The position numbers and the translations under genes are program-made. The notes under the pieces are model-generated. The model was not told where the DNA came from and did not search any database. It saw nothing but the letters and a program-made list of their open reading frames with translations. Of a stretch of DNA of 64,000 nt, positions 1 through 12,015 are shown in pieces; positions within the stretch are counted from its first letter, which is position 1; each line of letters begins with the position of its first letter. This stretch comes from Lama glama (taxonomy: Eukaryota): the NCBI GenBank assembly GCA_028534125.1, contig CM052817.1, positions 69,318,001 to 69,382,000 of the forward strand, in the 5' to 3' direction.

Positions 1-1503
1 TTTTTTCTTTTAAATCTTTTATGTCTCATTACTGACCTGTCAAACATTATTTTAACTTAAAGAGTAGCTGATGCCTTGCAATAAACCTTGAAAAGCCCCC
101 TGTTTAAAAATAATCTGCCTTTATACTATACATATCTAGTGTGGTTATGTTTTTCTTACAGGAAACATGTCACTGTGAGAAATCTTATAAACAGGCTTTT
201 AGGTCAGAACAAATGTAGCCACAGAAGAGGCCAGACTCAGTCTCCTCCACTGATGCTAGGTGCCTCGTGTCTCAGTGGGTTAAAATGGAAATTTAGAGCC
301 TTTGGAAAGCTTGCGGGAAGTCAAAGCACCTCCTCATTCTTTCAGGCTTCCCTTTGACACCCCACATTATTCTCTTAACGCCACTTTCCTATTACTCACT
401 TTCACAGAGGTAAAATGACTACCTAATTCCCAATTGTTCCCTTTAGAATGGATTGCACATCTCTCAGGTATCATTTTGTTTGGCTCAGTAGAGATCATTC
501 CCCCCCCCCACCAGCAACTCCCACTTTTTTTTTTTTTTTGGCTGTTTGGCAAGCACTGACTTGATTTCCCTTCCTTCCCCTTCCCCCTGGCCAGTTTCTG
601 TCCCCCTCCGGAACTGACTGTTTGAAGTATTTCCCAACAGCCTCGTTGAGGAGGAGGTAACAATGCACAGAAATGCTGTGTGACTTAGTGAGCTTGAAAG
701 GTCTGGACATCAGAGGGAAGGAAGTGGGGGATCTGCATAAAAGAGGTTTTCTTCATGGTTAAACTGAATGGAATTGTTTGGGAGGAAGTGATACATGTTC
801 CCATTCATGGGTGGTAGGGTTAGACTGAGAGGCAGAAGGTAGCAGGAGATACTATAATTGGACTCCCTCACAAGTGTTTAAAAGCTGTTGCATTATCATC
901 AGTGGCACTTTTCCCATTTATATCCTGCAATTGTTAGTCATTGTTTATGAGAATACTATAGTTTTTGCCTTGTATTTTCCTTTTGCCGTTATAAGAATTA
1001 TTTTAATTGATGAACAGGCTGAAGTCACAGTTTTCAGAATCAATCTTGTGTGATACCTTAGAGATAGCAAATAACATTCACGGAGCTGATGATAGATAAG
1101 GGTGCTTTTTAAACAATTCTGAATAAAGCATATACTTTGAATAAAAATGCACTGATTGTTATTAGAAACCGCGGGTTAATCTATTTTCACCTACAGTTTC
1201 CCGTATTTTATTTTTAGGATTCCTAATTAGAAGATTCAAAAATAGAATTTTAAAAACAGTGCCTGTGTTTGAGTAATTTTCTTTAGTGTTCTGTGCCTAA
1301 TTTCCCCACTTTTCAACTGCAAGAATTCTTCAGATCTCAGGATAATTATCTCCTATACCCTCAACCTTTCTAAATTTGACAGCATACCTTACCCAAAAAG
1401 AGAAACTTTGAGTGAAATCAGGGTCACTGACTGTGCCTGAATCACATCTGAATGCATTCTCTTTTTTTGTTTTTGCTTTTGTTTTTGCCAATATTTTATT
1501 TAA

Positions 1504-1743
1504 TTTTTTTATTGAGGTATAGTCATTTTCATTGTAGGTTACTATAAGATATTGAATATAGTTCCCTGGGCTATACAGAAGAAATCTGCTTTTTGTCTAT
1601 CTTATATATAGTAGTATTTGCACATCTCGAACTCCCAATTTATCCCTTCCCACACCTTTTCCCCTGGTAACCATAAGTTTTTTCATTATGTCTGTGAATC
1701 TGTTTCTGTTTTGTAGATGAGTTCATTTGCGTCTTCCTTTTAA
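1504..1743 (-). mobile_element. Young L1 3' UTR fragment, internally deleted, with ~24-26 bp TSD
   Basis: Reverse complement matches the L1 3' UTR at 2611-2935. tttgtttttgccaatattttatttaa is repeated at 1478-1503 and 1744-1769. Confidence 0.9.
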
Positions 1744-1929
1744 TTTGTTTTTGCCAATATTTTATTTAACACTGCAGGATGAATACATTCTCTTTAACTC
1801 CATACATCATGGAAGAAGTTTCTAAACCATTCCTCAATATTGCCTACTAATTAAATTTGATATTTTCATTTTGAATCTAGAACTCTAATGTTAAAGAATT
1901 TGTCAGATGAATGCTATAGTGAAACGAAC

Positions 1930-2935
1930 ATACAAGGGCTCAATTTCCATAATATATAAATAGCTCATACAACTTAATAAGAAGAAAACAAACAACCCAA
2001 TCCAAAAATGGGCAGAAAACCTAAACATGAAATTCTCCCATGAAGACACACAAATGGCACATGAAAAAATGTTCAATATTGCTAATTATCAGAGAAATGC
2101 AAATCAAAACTACAATGAGATATCACCTCACACCAGTCAGAATGGCCATCATTCAAAAATCCACAAGCAATAAATGCTGGAGAGGCCACGGAGAAAAGGG
2201 AACCCTCTTACACTGTTGGTGGGAATGCAGTTTGGTGCAGCCGTTATGGAAAATAGTACGGATATTCCTCAAAAGACTAAAAGTAGACTTACCATGTGAC
2301 TCAGCAATCCCACTCCTGGGCATATGTCTGGAGGGAACCTTAATTCAAAAAAGATGTATGTAGCCCAATGTTCATAGCAGCACTATTTACAATAGCCAAG
2401 ACATGGAAACAACCTAAATGTCCATCAACAGATGACTGGATAAAGAAGCTGTGGTATATTTATACAATGGAATACTGCTCAGCCATAAAAAATAATAAAA
2501 TAATGTCATTTGCAGCAACATGGATGGACCTAGAGATCGTCATTCTAAGTAAAGTAAGCCAGAAAGAGAAAGAAAAATACCGTATGATATTACTTATATG
2601 TGGAATCTAAAAAAAAGACAAACAAACTTATAAAACAGAAACAGACTCACAGATATAGAAAACAAACTTATGGTACTGGGGGGAAGGGGGTGGGAAAGGA
2701 TAAATTGGGAGTTTGAGATTTGCAGATACTAACTACTATATATATATACATAAACAACAAATTTATACTGTATGGCACAGGGAACCATATTCAATATCTT
2801 GTAGTAGTTTATAGTTAAAAATAATATGAAAATGAATATGTATGTTCCTATATGAGTGAAGCATTGTGCTGTACACCAGAAATTGACATGACATTGTAAA
2901 CTGACTATACTTCAATAAAAATATATTTTAAAAAA
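1930..2935 (+). mobile_element. 5'-truncated L1 (ORF2 C-terminus, 3' UTR, A tail) inserted into a MIR
   Basis: ORFs 2040-2363 and 2368-2610 match the L1 ORF2 C-terminus ([35 protein letters not shown]). G-rich tract at ~2678-2699, AATAAA at 2914. Degenerate TSD aaa(c/a)gaaca(t/c)a. Confidence 0.95.
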
Positions 2936-3085
2936 GAACACAGGTCCGTAAGTTAGAAAACCTGGGTTCTAGGCCTGATTCTGTTGTGTTACCCTAACCT
3001 TTCTTAACCCCAGTTCTCTCCAATGTGAAATGAGAGGGTTAGACTACATTCCTGAGATCCCGTTAATCTATGCTAACCATTCTAG
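2936..3085 (+). mobile_element. MIR SINE (5' end split off to ~1910-1930 by the L1)
   Basis: gaaaacctgggttctaggcctg ... gtgaaatgagagggttagacta resembles the MIR head, core and tail. Confidence 0.7.
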
Positions 3086-4789
3086 CAATCAATTAATCAA
3101 TCAATCCATGAAGAAACAACATTGGAGAAGAGAGTAAAACCAGATTTATATGCATGCTTTCGAAAATTTCTGAGCTTAGGCATTGAGTTTCTCATTTATT
3201 CTTCCACCATTTTTTTCTGAGTGCCAGTCTTTTTATGCTCTGAGTTGTAAATAGTATAACATTCCCAAAGAACTCACAATCTAATGAGTCAACTTTCTCA
3301 TATTTTTCTTCCTATAGTTTCTCTCTTTTCTTTAGAGCCTAAGAATGTATTTTCAAATCAATGCCTTTTTACTTCCTACCTTCTAGTGGAGGTTTTGATA
3401 AATAAAGCCCGACTGAGAAATTAATTATATCCCTGGAAAATTTCATTGTGGATTGATGAAAGAATGGATATATTAGCAGTTTTTAGCATATCAGTTAAAT
3501 TTGTAATTTTTATTCTCTTGTTCTCTCTCTCTGAAACATACAAATATTCAACTACATGTGCACAGAGAATATATCATGGACTCCCAAAGGCCCTTTCTTC
3601 CAGGGTCTCTTTCCTCTCATCCTATTTTTTAATGTCCATCTTTATATTTTAAAATCTAAATAAATGTTACCCTGAGAATTATAAATTGATTTACCTTTGC
3701 TTTCTTTCCTATAAATATGTCTAATTAGTTGATTTTATGATTATTAAGTATCAATTGCACCTGACATAGGTGACTTAACCTACATTATTCTTACATTTTT
3801 CTGTCAAAGTTTTTCTTTCACAGGAAATTGCTCAGGATGTACTTCGCATGTCATAAATCCATAACATGCTAATAAATTTGGTTTTTTCTAGCTTCTTTAT
3901 AATTATTGTGCTTCAGTTATAGCCTTACTAATTTCAACACCTTGCATTTTCACTTACTTCTCTTTCTCTAACTCTGGATAAACTTCTAGGAAATATCAAA
4001 ACATTTGTTTCCTTTCATTTTCTAATTAAAAAAACTGGGCACTAGAGCATGTCATAAAATTCCCAGACAGGAACTCACTGACAATAGGAAGAAGGCACTG
4101 AATGCTTTCTGTAGTCTTTAGTGACTGTAAGTAAAGATGTTCCACAATTACACCTGCCTTGGAGGTGTCTCTGTGCAACAAGAGAACATTGCTGAGAATG
4201 CAAAAACTAAAATTTTGATAAAAATAAAACTAATTTTGATAAAAATAACCACAAGCTGGTAGAATTTCAGATTTTAAGGAAGATTGGAGGAAGTAAAAAT
4301 TAGCTAAAGAAAATACTAAAGAAAATTAATGACAACGTGGTTTGAACAGCCTTGGAAAATAACAGGAAAGATGCACTAGGTAACATACTGGCACCCTGAC
4401 TCTCAGTACATTTCTGGAGCTGTACGTGAAACCCAGAAGGTCTAAGAGCCTGGAGACAATACGCCAACCTCCCCACAGAGCCCGACTGCTTACATTGCTA
4501 TGCTGATGTTGTCCTGTACACAACGCTATAAACAAGCACAATTCCTGACATAATCAAAACACAACTTTGTTTTTCTGTCCCATTGTCCCTTTAAAATGTA
4601 TTCAGTGGTGGCAGTCTCCTGACCCTGAAGAGATCTCGAGAAATCACATGCCTCTATTGATCATGTTCAGGTAATAAGCGTCTTAAGTTTACTCTAAGTT
4701 GCAAACACAGGTTCAATTTGGTAAGTAAAATGCGAAATCCCATGCAATATAATTCCAAACTTCATGTAGCATTAAATATTCCCTCCTTT

Positions 4790-7511
4790 AATACTCCCAA
4801 ACTCATTCTATGAAGCCACCATCATCCTGATACCAAAACCAGGCAAAGACACCACCAAAAAAGAGAATTATAGGCCAATATCACTAATGAACTTAGATGC
4901 AAAAATCCTCACAAAATATTAGCAAATAGAATCCAACAGCACATAAAAAAGATTATACATCATGATCAACTGGGGTTCATCCCAGGGACGCAAGGGTGGT
5001 TCAACATATGCAAATCAATCAATGTAATACATCACACCAACAAGAGAAAGGACAAAAACCACATGATTATCTCAATAGATGCAGAAAAAGCATTTGACAA
5101 AATTAAACACCAATTTATGATAAAAACTCTCACCAAAGTGGGTATAGAGGGAACATATCTCAACATAATAAAAGCTATCCATGACAAACCTACAGTCAGC
5201 ATAGTAATCAATGGTGAAAAATTCAAAAGCTTCCCACTAAAATCTGGGACAAGACAAGGATGCCCACTATCACCACTCCTATTCAACATAGATTTGGAAG
5301 TCCTAGCCACAGCAATCAGGCAAGAGAGAGAAATAAAAGGGATCCAAATTGGAAAAGAAGAGGTAAAGTGTCACTATATGCTGATGACATGTTACTATAT
5401 ATAGAAAACCCTTAAAGGTTCCCACAAAAACTACTAGAGATGATCAAAGAATTCAGCAAGGTAGCAGGTTACATGTTTAACGTTCAAAAATCAGTTGCAT
5501 TTCTGTATACTAACGATGAATCAATAGAAAAAGAAAGTAAAGAAACAATCCCCTTTAAAATAGCACTCAAACTAATAAAATACCTAGGAATAAATGTAAC
5601 CAAGGAAGCAAAAGAATTATATACAGAAAACTATAAACCATTGATGAAGGAAATTAAAGAAGACTTTAAAAAATGGAAAGATATCCCATGCTCCTGGATT
5701 GGAAGAATCAATATTGTTAAAATGGTCACACTGCCCAAGGCAATCTACAGACTTAATGAAATCCCTGTCAAATTACCCAGGACATATTTCACAGAACTAG
5801 AACAAATCATAATAAAATTTATGTGGAACCACAAAAGACCTAGAATTGCCAAAGCATTATTGAAGAGAAAGAAAGAGGCTGGAGGAAAAACTCTCCCAGA
5901 CTTCAGACAATACTATAGAGCTAGAGTCATCAAGACAGCATGGTATTGGTACAAAAACAGATATATGGACCAATGGAACAGAATAGAGCGCCCAGAAATG
6001 AACCCACAAGCTTCTGGTCAACTAATCTTCAATGGAAGCAAGAATATACAATGGAACTAAGATAGTCTCTTCAGCAGATGGTGTTGGGAAAACTGGACAA
6101 CAGCATGTAAATCAATAAAGCTAGAACACTCCCTTACACCATACACAAAAATCAACTCAAAATGGATCGAAGACTTAAACATCAGACAAGATACAATAAA
6201 CCTCCTAGAAGAAAATATAGGCAAAACATTATCTGACATGCATCTCAAAAATGTTCTCCTAAAACAGTCTACCCAAGCAATAGAAATAAAAGCAAGAATA
6301 AACAAATGGGACCTAATTAAACTTACAAGCTTCTGCACAGCAAAAGAAATCATAAGTAAAACAAAAAGACAACCTATGGAATGGGAAAAAAATGTTTGCA
6401 AATGAAACCGACAAAGGCTTGATCTCCAGAATATATAAGCAGCTCATATGATTTAATAAGAAAAAAAGACAACCCAATCCAAAAATGGGCAAAAGACCTA
6501 AACAAACAATTCTCCAAGGAAGACATGCAAATGATCAATAGACACATGAAAAAATGCTCAGTATCACTAATTATCAGAGAAATGCAAATCAAAACTACAA
6601 TGAGATATCACCTCACACCAGTCAGAATGGCCATCATTCAAAAGTCCACAAATGACAAATGCTGGAGAAGCTGTGGAGAAAAGGGAACCCTCCTACCCTG
6701 CTGGTGGGAATGCAGTTTGGTGCAGCCACTGTGGAAAACAGTATGGAGATTCCTCAAAAGACTAGGAATAGACTTACCATATGACCCAGGAATCCCGCTT
6801 CTGGGCATATATCCAGAAGGAACCCTACTCCAAAATGACACCTGCACCCCAATGTTCATGGCAGTAGTATTTACAATAGCCAAGNNNNNNNNNNNNNNNN
6901 NNNNNNNNNNNNNNNNNNNNNNNNNNNNNNNNNNNNNNNNNNNNNNNNNNNNNNNNNNNNNNNNNNNNNNNNNNNNNNNNNNNNNNNNNNNNNNNNNNNN
7001 NNNNNNNNNNNNNNNNNNNNNNNNNNNNNNNNNNNNNNNNNNNNNNNNNNNNNNNNNNNNNNNNNNNNNNNNNNNNNNNNNNNNNNNNNNNNNNNNNNNN
7101 NNNNNNNNNNNNNNNNNNNNNNNNNNNNNNNNNNNNNNNNNNNNNNNNNNNNNNNNNNNNNNNNNNNNNNNNNNNNNNNNNNNNNNNNNNNNNNNNNNNN
7201 NNNNNNNNNNNNNNNNNNNNNNNNNNNNNNNNNNNNNNNNNNNNNNNNNNNNNNNNNNNNNNNNNNNNNNNNNNNNNNNNNNNNNNNNNNNNNNNNNNNN
7301 NNNNNNNNNNNNNNNNNNNNNNNNNNNNNNNNNNNNNNNNNNNNNNNNNNNNNNNNNNNNNNNNNNNNNNNNNNNNNNNNNNNNCATAAAAACTGACAAC
7401 ATAACGCCATTTGCAGCAACATGGATATTCCTGGAGAATGTCATTCTAAGTGAAGTAAGCCAGAAAGAAAAAGAAAAATACCATATGAGATCGCTCATAT
7501 GTGGAATCTAA
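4790..7511 (+). pseudogene. Frameshifted L1 ORF2 remnant (reverse transcriptase and C-terminal Cys-rich domain)
   Basis: ORF pieces 5063-5404, 5440-6060 and 6525-7511. The catalytic YADD (tat gct gat gac, 5377-5388) lies just after a frameshift. No endonuclease domain and no ORF1. Confidence 0.93.
6885..7384. other. Assembly gap (exactly 500 N)
   Basis: Run of N inside the L1. Confidence 1.
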
Positions 7512-8659
7512 AAAAAAAAAAAAAACATAAATACCAAACAGAAACAGACTCATAGACATAGAATACAAACTTGTGGATGTCAAGGGGGTGGGAAGGGACA
7601 GACTCGGATTTCAAAATGTAGAATAGATAAACCAGATTATACTGTATAGCACAGGGAAATATATACAAGATCTTGTGGTAGCTCACGGTGAAAAAAAATG
7701 TGACAATGAATATATGTATGTTCATGTATAACTGAAAAATTGTGCTCTACACTGGAATTTGACACAACATTGTAAAATGACTATAACTCAATAAAAAAAT
7801 GTTAAAAAATATTCTCTCCTTTGCAGGGGGCTAGAAACTGTGGTGTTTGCTCTGGATGGGTAGTCAGTTTTTTATTTGCTTCTCCCTTCGCCTCCCCTAC
7901 TGGCACCCTCTTCCATGTCTCCTTGGGTTGCCCACTCCTCACAGGCTCTTACTATTAGGAGTCTCTTGGCCTCCCCTTTCAAGAAGATGCAAAATAGGTC
8001 CTCTCTTGCACAGACAGCTCACATCTGATTCACTGAAAACACATCGTTGACCCACACTCGACAGAAGTGGGATACAATCCAAACAAAATATGTCTCTCTC
8101 TCTGGATGAATTAGGTATCTTCTACTGATGCCTCTTAACCATAGGGAACGTATTTCAAGCTTGTGAATGATCCCATGGAAGCCACCTTCCACTAGGCTGG
8201 AGGTGAAGCAGGCAGCACACCAACCTCTCCCTCTCTGAGGTGAACAGAGACCAACAACCAGCAACAGTACTCCGAAAAGAATTATCTTCCCTTCTCGTCC
8301 CTCTTTTACATTCCTCACAGGTTGTAATATTGTGTAAACTGGTTCTGGGTCATCTATTTGGAAATTTCCTCTTCATATTCTAACGGATTAGAAATTCACA
8401 TCTCCTGTACCCTGTCACCCTGGTCAAAGTAGAAATTCTTACATCCAATTTCAAAGTCATAAACAGGGCTTCTGTCCTTGGAAGCCAGCTTGTTTGGCTC
8501 AGTCACTTCACGTGGAGGGAGCACACTTGTTAATGGGTCTCCACCAGGACAAGCAAACTCAAGTTCTTTACCCACAGCTGAGAACTTGGATGAATGACCC
8601 CAGCTGGGCATGAACTGCAGTATATTAGGAGAAGGTGCCTGTCCAAAGAATTAGATGCC

Positions 8660-8850
8660 ACTGGGCCACTGTGAGTGCAGTGATGCAGACTTTCTAATTT
8701 TTCAAGAAAAGCTGAAAATCCAGATTTTTATATTATCTCCATTTTTTAAAATATAGACTTAAAATGTTCTAATAACTTTGTTCAAGCCTCACCATTAAAG
8801 GAGTTGTGGGCCAGATTCTGATAGAAGACCAGCAGTTTGTGATTTTTACA
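8660..8850. mobile_element. Old hAT-type DNA transposon fragment (MamTip-like)
   Basis: atttttcaagaaaagctgaaaatccagattttta ... tgtgggccagatt ... ccagcagtttgtga resembles a recalled consensus. Confidence 0.5.
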
Positions 8851-9426
8851 ATGGGCTGGACGTTCCAGCTGTCCTGCACATTCGTGCGTTTGGTGACTAG
8901 ATGCTCAGGTGAGAGCAGGGCAGCTGGGCAGCTCCAACGCCCACTCTGTCCTGAAAATAAAGCTCAGTGTAGAAACAGGGTGTTCTCGTCATGTATAAAT
9001 AATACAAACAGTTAAGATACTCTTGGTGCAAACCTGGAAGAGGGTGGGATGGTGGGTACTTCTGTTGTTCATGATGGGAGCTATTTTTTACCTTCCTTGT
9101 GCGTTTACAAGCAGCCAGATGAATAAAACAAGCAGAACAGGCTTCCCTTAATCACATTAATCCTGGACTAAGCATACCCCTCTTTGCTTTGCTTTGACTT
9201 TTCAAATGTTGGTGGTGATATAAGTGTTGAAGGTCATTATCTACCAGGGGGATTAATCCCTATTGGGCAGTTGCATTTGCAAGCTAAATTTAAAACATTT
9301 TTTCCAGATGCTTTGAAACAACTATCTCAAGCTGCTGAATCTTAGATGCTTTCCCAAGGACCTCAAATGGAATATTACATTATGTACAGAGACAGACTTC
9401 CACACCTATTATCACCACCACCACGC

Positions 9427-9446
9427 CCACACACACACACACACAC
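9427..9446 (+). repeat. (CA)n microsatellite
   Basis: Direct reading. Confidence 0.9.
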
Positions 9447-9479
9447 TTGGGGAAAAAATGATATTAAAGTAATGCTGCG

Positions 9480-9555
9480 TGGGCTGTGGGCACAAGGGGT
9501 TCATTTTACTATTCTGTCTGCTTTTGTGTATGTTTGACATTTTTATAATAAAATA
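9480..9555 (+). mobile_element. Old L1M 3' terminal fragment
   Basis: ggggttcattttactattctgtctgcttttgtgtatgtttgacatttttataataaaa is a typical L1MB-type end. Confidence 0.65.
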
Positions 9556-11409
9556 TTGCAAATGCAGTAGAACTGTGGTTATAACAACTGCTAATACAAT
9601 CAGGATATTAAATTATTGGACATGAGTAATTTTTTTATTTATAAACTCATAATATTATAATCACCTTGCCATGAAAATTGAACTGAATTTCTAATGTTGA
9701 ATCATTATAGCAAAATAAGTGCTTACATAGTTACTCACTTTCTATTGATTTCCAATTCAGTAGACACAGAGTAATTTGAATTCTAAGTGTTTTGCCTTAG
9801 TATTAACTGTGTAGGCAAGAAGAATGGTTTAACCAATTTTTTCAAGGGTATTCCCTTCTGTCCACCTAACATTTCATTGTTGTAGTATGCAGGAGAGTGC
9901 CTAGGAGGAAGTAGAGATTCAAAAATGTTTATTAAATAAAGAAAGATGTAAATAAATCATTGCCAAAGCAGAGTACTAGTACTGTATAGTGACTCATTAA
10001 TTCAGGTTAGTTTGAGCTTAGAGTGTGGGGAAGTGTATCTTATGGTTATTGATTACATACTTGAAAAGTTATCATTAATACCACACACATACGTATGTAT
10101 CTAATACAGGCACTAAACATATGTAAAAAGATTTCTTTGCCAACGTAGTTCTAAAGAGATAAAATTTGTTTAGATGTATTTAATATCAATAAAAATCAGA
10201 TTGTTTAAAGCCCACATTCTTAATCTACATCTATATGTGTGTTAATTTATAGAACTGAATTTGTAATGTTTGAGGACACACTGCACATGACACATACCTA
10301 AACAATAAACTAAAATATTTACTCTTCATTTCTACAGCTTTCAAATAACTTGCAACAGTTTTGGGAGGCTGCTGCAGAGCAACAATGGCTGGTTAAACAT
10401 TTAATTCTTAAGACTTCTTCAAATTTTGGGTATTGAAGGGTAAGATAATTTTATTTAAGGAGTCAGAAAATGGAAAGAAGGAAACTCTACTCAAGTGTTA
10501 TCACATCAAAAACAGACCCAAGTTCTTTTGATTTTCTCTAGTTTTTCCTTCAAGCAAATCAAAGATGCCTTACTTACTTTAAGAGATGAAACTGCCTGAG
10601 ATCTGTTTCATTTAAGAACTAGAATATTTAGGAGGGGCCAGAAACATCTCCAGCAGCAGCAGCTTCAGGAGATAAGGAGATTCCCATGACAGCATATTAT
10701 TTGAAAAGTAGAGATATTTAAGAAAAGTTTGGTTAATGAGCATTCTAGAAGGGGATATAAATATTTGCTAATGCCAAAACATTTCTTCCAGAAAGAAATT
10801 TTCCACTTTCAGAGAATAACTTGTATGTTCATAGTAGCACTACCCAGAGCCAGGAATTTTCCAATAGATTTGTCATTATAGGAATTGGTGTTCTTATTGC
10901 CATCCAAGAAATTTTGCCAATGGACAATATTTTCTGCTGGACTCTGGCCCAGAGATGGTCCTCTAATTCATTCAGGAAGAAAAACTTATGTATAAAATAT
11001 GGGCCAACAGCTGGCATCTTGCAGGTCCTCATTCAAAGATAGCCTAAATAAGGCAAATATGGTAAGTCTCTGTTCAAAAGGGACAATAACACTCTGTGAT
11101 TTTTATGGTATTCTCTTTCAAAGACTTCAAAGCCTCTGATAAATAATGTGGCATAAGCCATTCCACAGACAGGAGACAGATAAGGGGGAAAATACCATTC
11201 CCCTTACTTCATGGGCATAAAATCTGAAAAGATGAAAAGAGGAGTGACTCCAAGCCAGGCTTCTCTTCAGTAAAAAAAAAGCACCATATAAATCTAACAG
11301 AATGAATCCAACCACCACGTGCCTAATTTATGCAAAACTGCTTATTTTCTTATTTACTTTGATAATTTGGCAAAACAAATTGTTTCCTTGAATTTCTATT
11401 TCCCCTATA

Positions 11410-12015
11410 GTTCCCTTCTCCAGTCCAGCTTCCAGACTGCCTACCAGAGTTTCTAAAACACAATCTGGTCCTTTATTATCTTAATTAAAATCTTTAGTAG
11501 ATCCACATGGTCTGCACTGAGTTAACTAAAGGATCCTCTGAGTGGCATTCTTCAATATACGCCACTCGTTATTCACTCAGTCATGCATTTATTCAGCAAA
11601 TATCTCTCCCCACCACATTCTCTACACCCTAATTGTACTAAGATACTCAATGTTACTTGCGCAATGTGATTATATGCCTATATTTCCATTTCTTTTCTTA
11701 TTCTGTTTTTCCTGCTGGCTTTTACTCTTGTTCTTCTGGCAAAAGAAAATTCTAATTCATATCAAGATGCAATTCACATATTTTGTCCTTTGAGAATCAA
11801 TTCTTGAATCTTTTATCTAAGAAAATGAATCATTTCTTCCTTGGTGCTCCTGTAACAATTTATTCACACCATCAATAGAGTACATATTGCATTATAATTA
11901 ATTGAATGTATGTTTGTTTCTTTCACTGGATGTCAGGTACCACGGCTTATTCCTATCTGTAACTTCTGCACCCAAAATGTTGCCTAGAAAGTCAATGGGC
12001 ACGTATTAAATTGAA
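11410..12015 (+). mobile_element. L2 LINE 3' remnant
   Basis: ccagagtttctaaaacacaatctg ... atcaagatgcaattc ... tatctgtaacttctgcaccc are characteristic L2 segments in the expected order. Confidence 0.6.

Larger units (their letters stand above)
4790..7806 (+). mobile_element. 5'-truncated young L1 (RT through 3' UTR) with 16-bp TSD
   Basis: TSD aaatattccctccttt at 4774-4789 vs aaatattctctccttt at 7807-7822. RT motifs [11 protein letters not shown] and [13 protein letters not shown]. The 3' UTR ends in AATAAA and an A tail. Confidence 0.97.

Noticed and set aside
5032..6592. Minus-strand ORFs with hydrophobic, membrane-like translations
   Set aside because: They are antisense frames of L1 ORF2.
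6525..7511. Longest ORFs in the track (328, 286, 183 aa)
   Set aside because: Their length is an artefact of the 500-N gap. The real parts are L1 ORF2 or its antisense.
8396..8611. Protein-looking 71-aa ORF (MPSWGHSSKF...)
   Set aside because: No recognisable homology, no poly(A) or TSD suggesting a retrocopy, and only mediocre splice signals.
11208..11223. 16-nt minus-strand micro-exon; similar candidates near 10578-10618, 52369-52429 and 59706-59744
   Set aside because: Chance-level splice pairs. Their abundance shows the high false-positive rate that also applies to the reported mini-exon chain.
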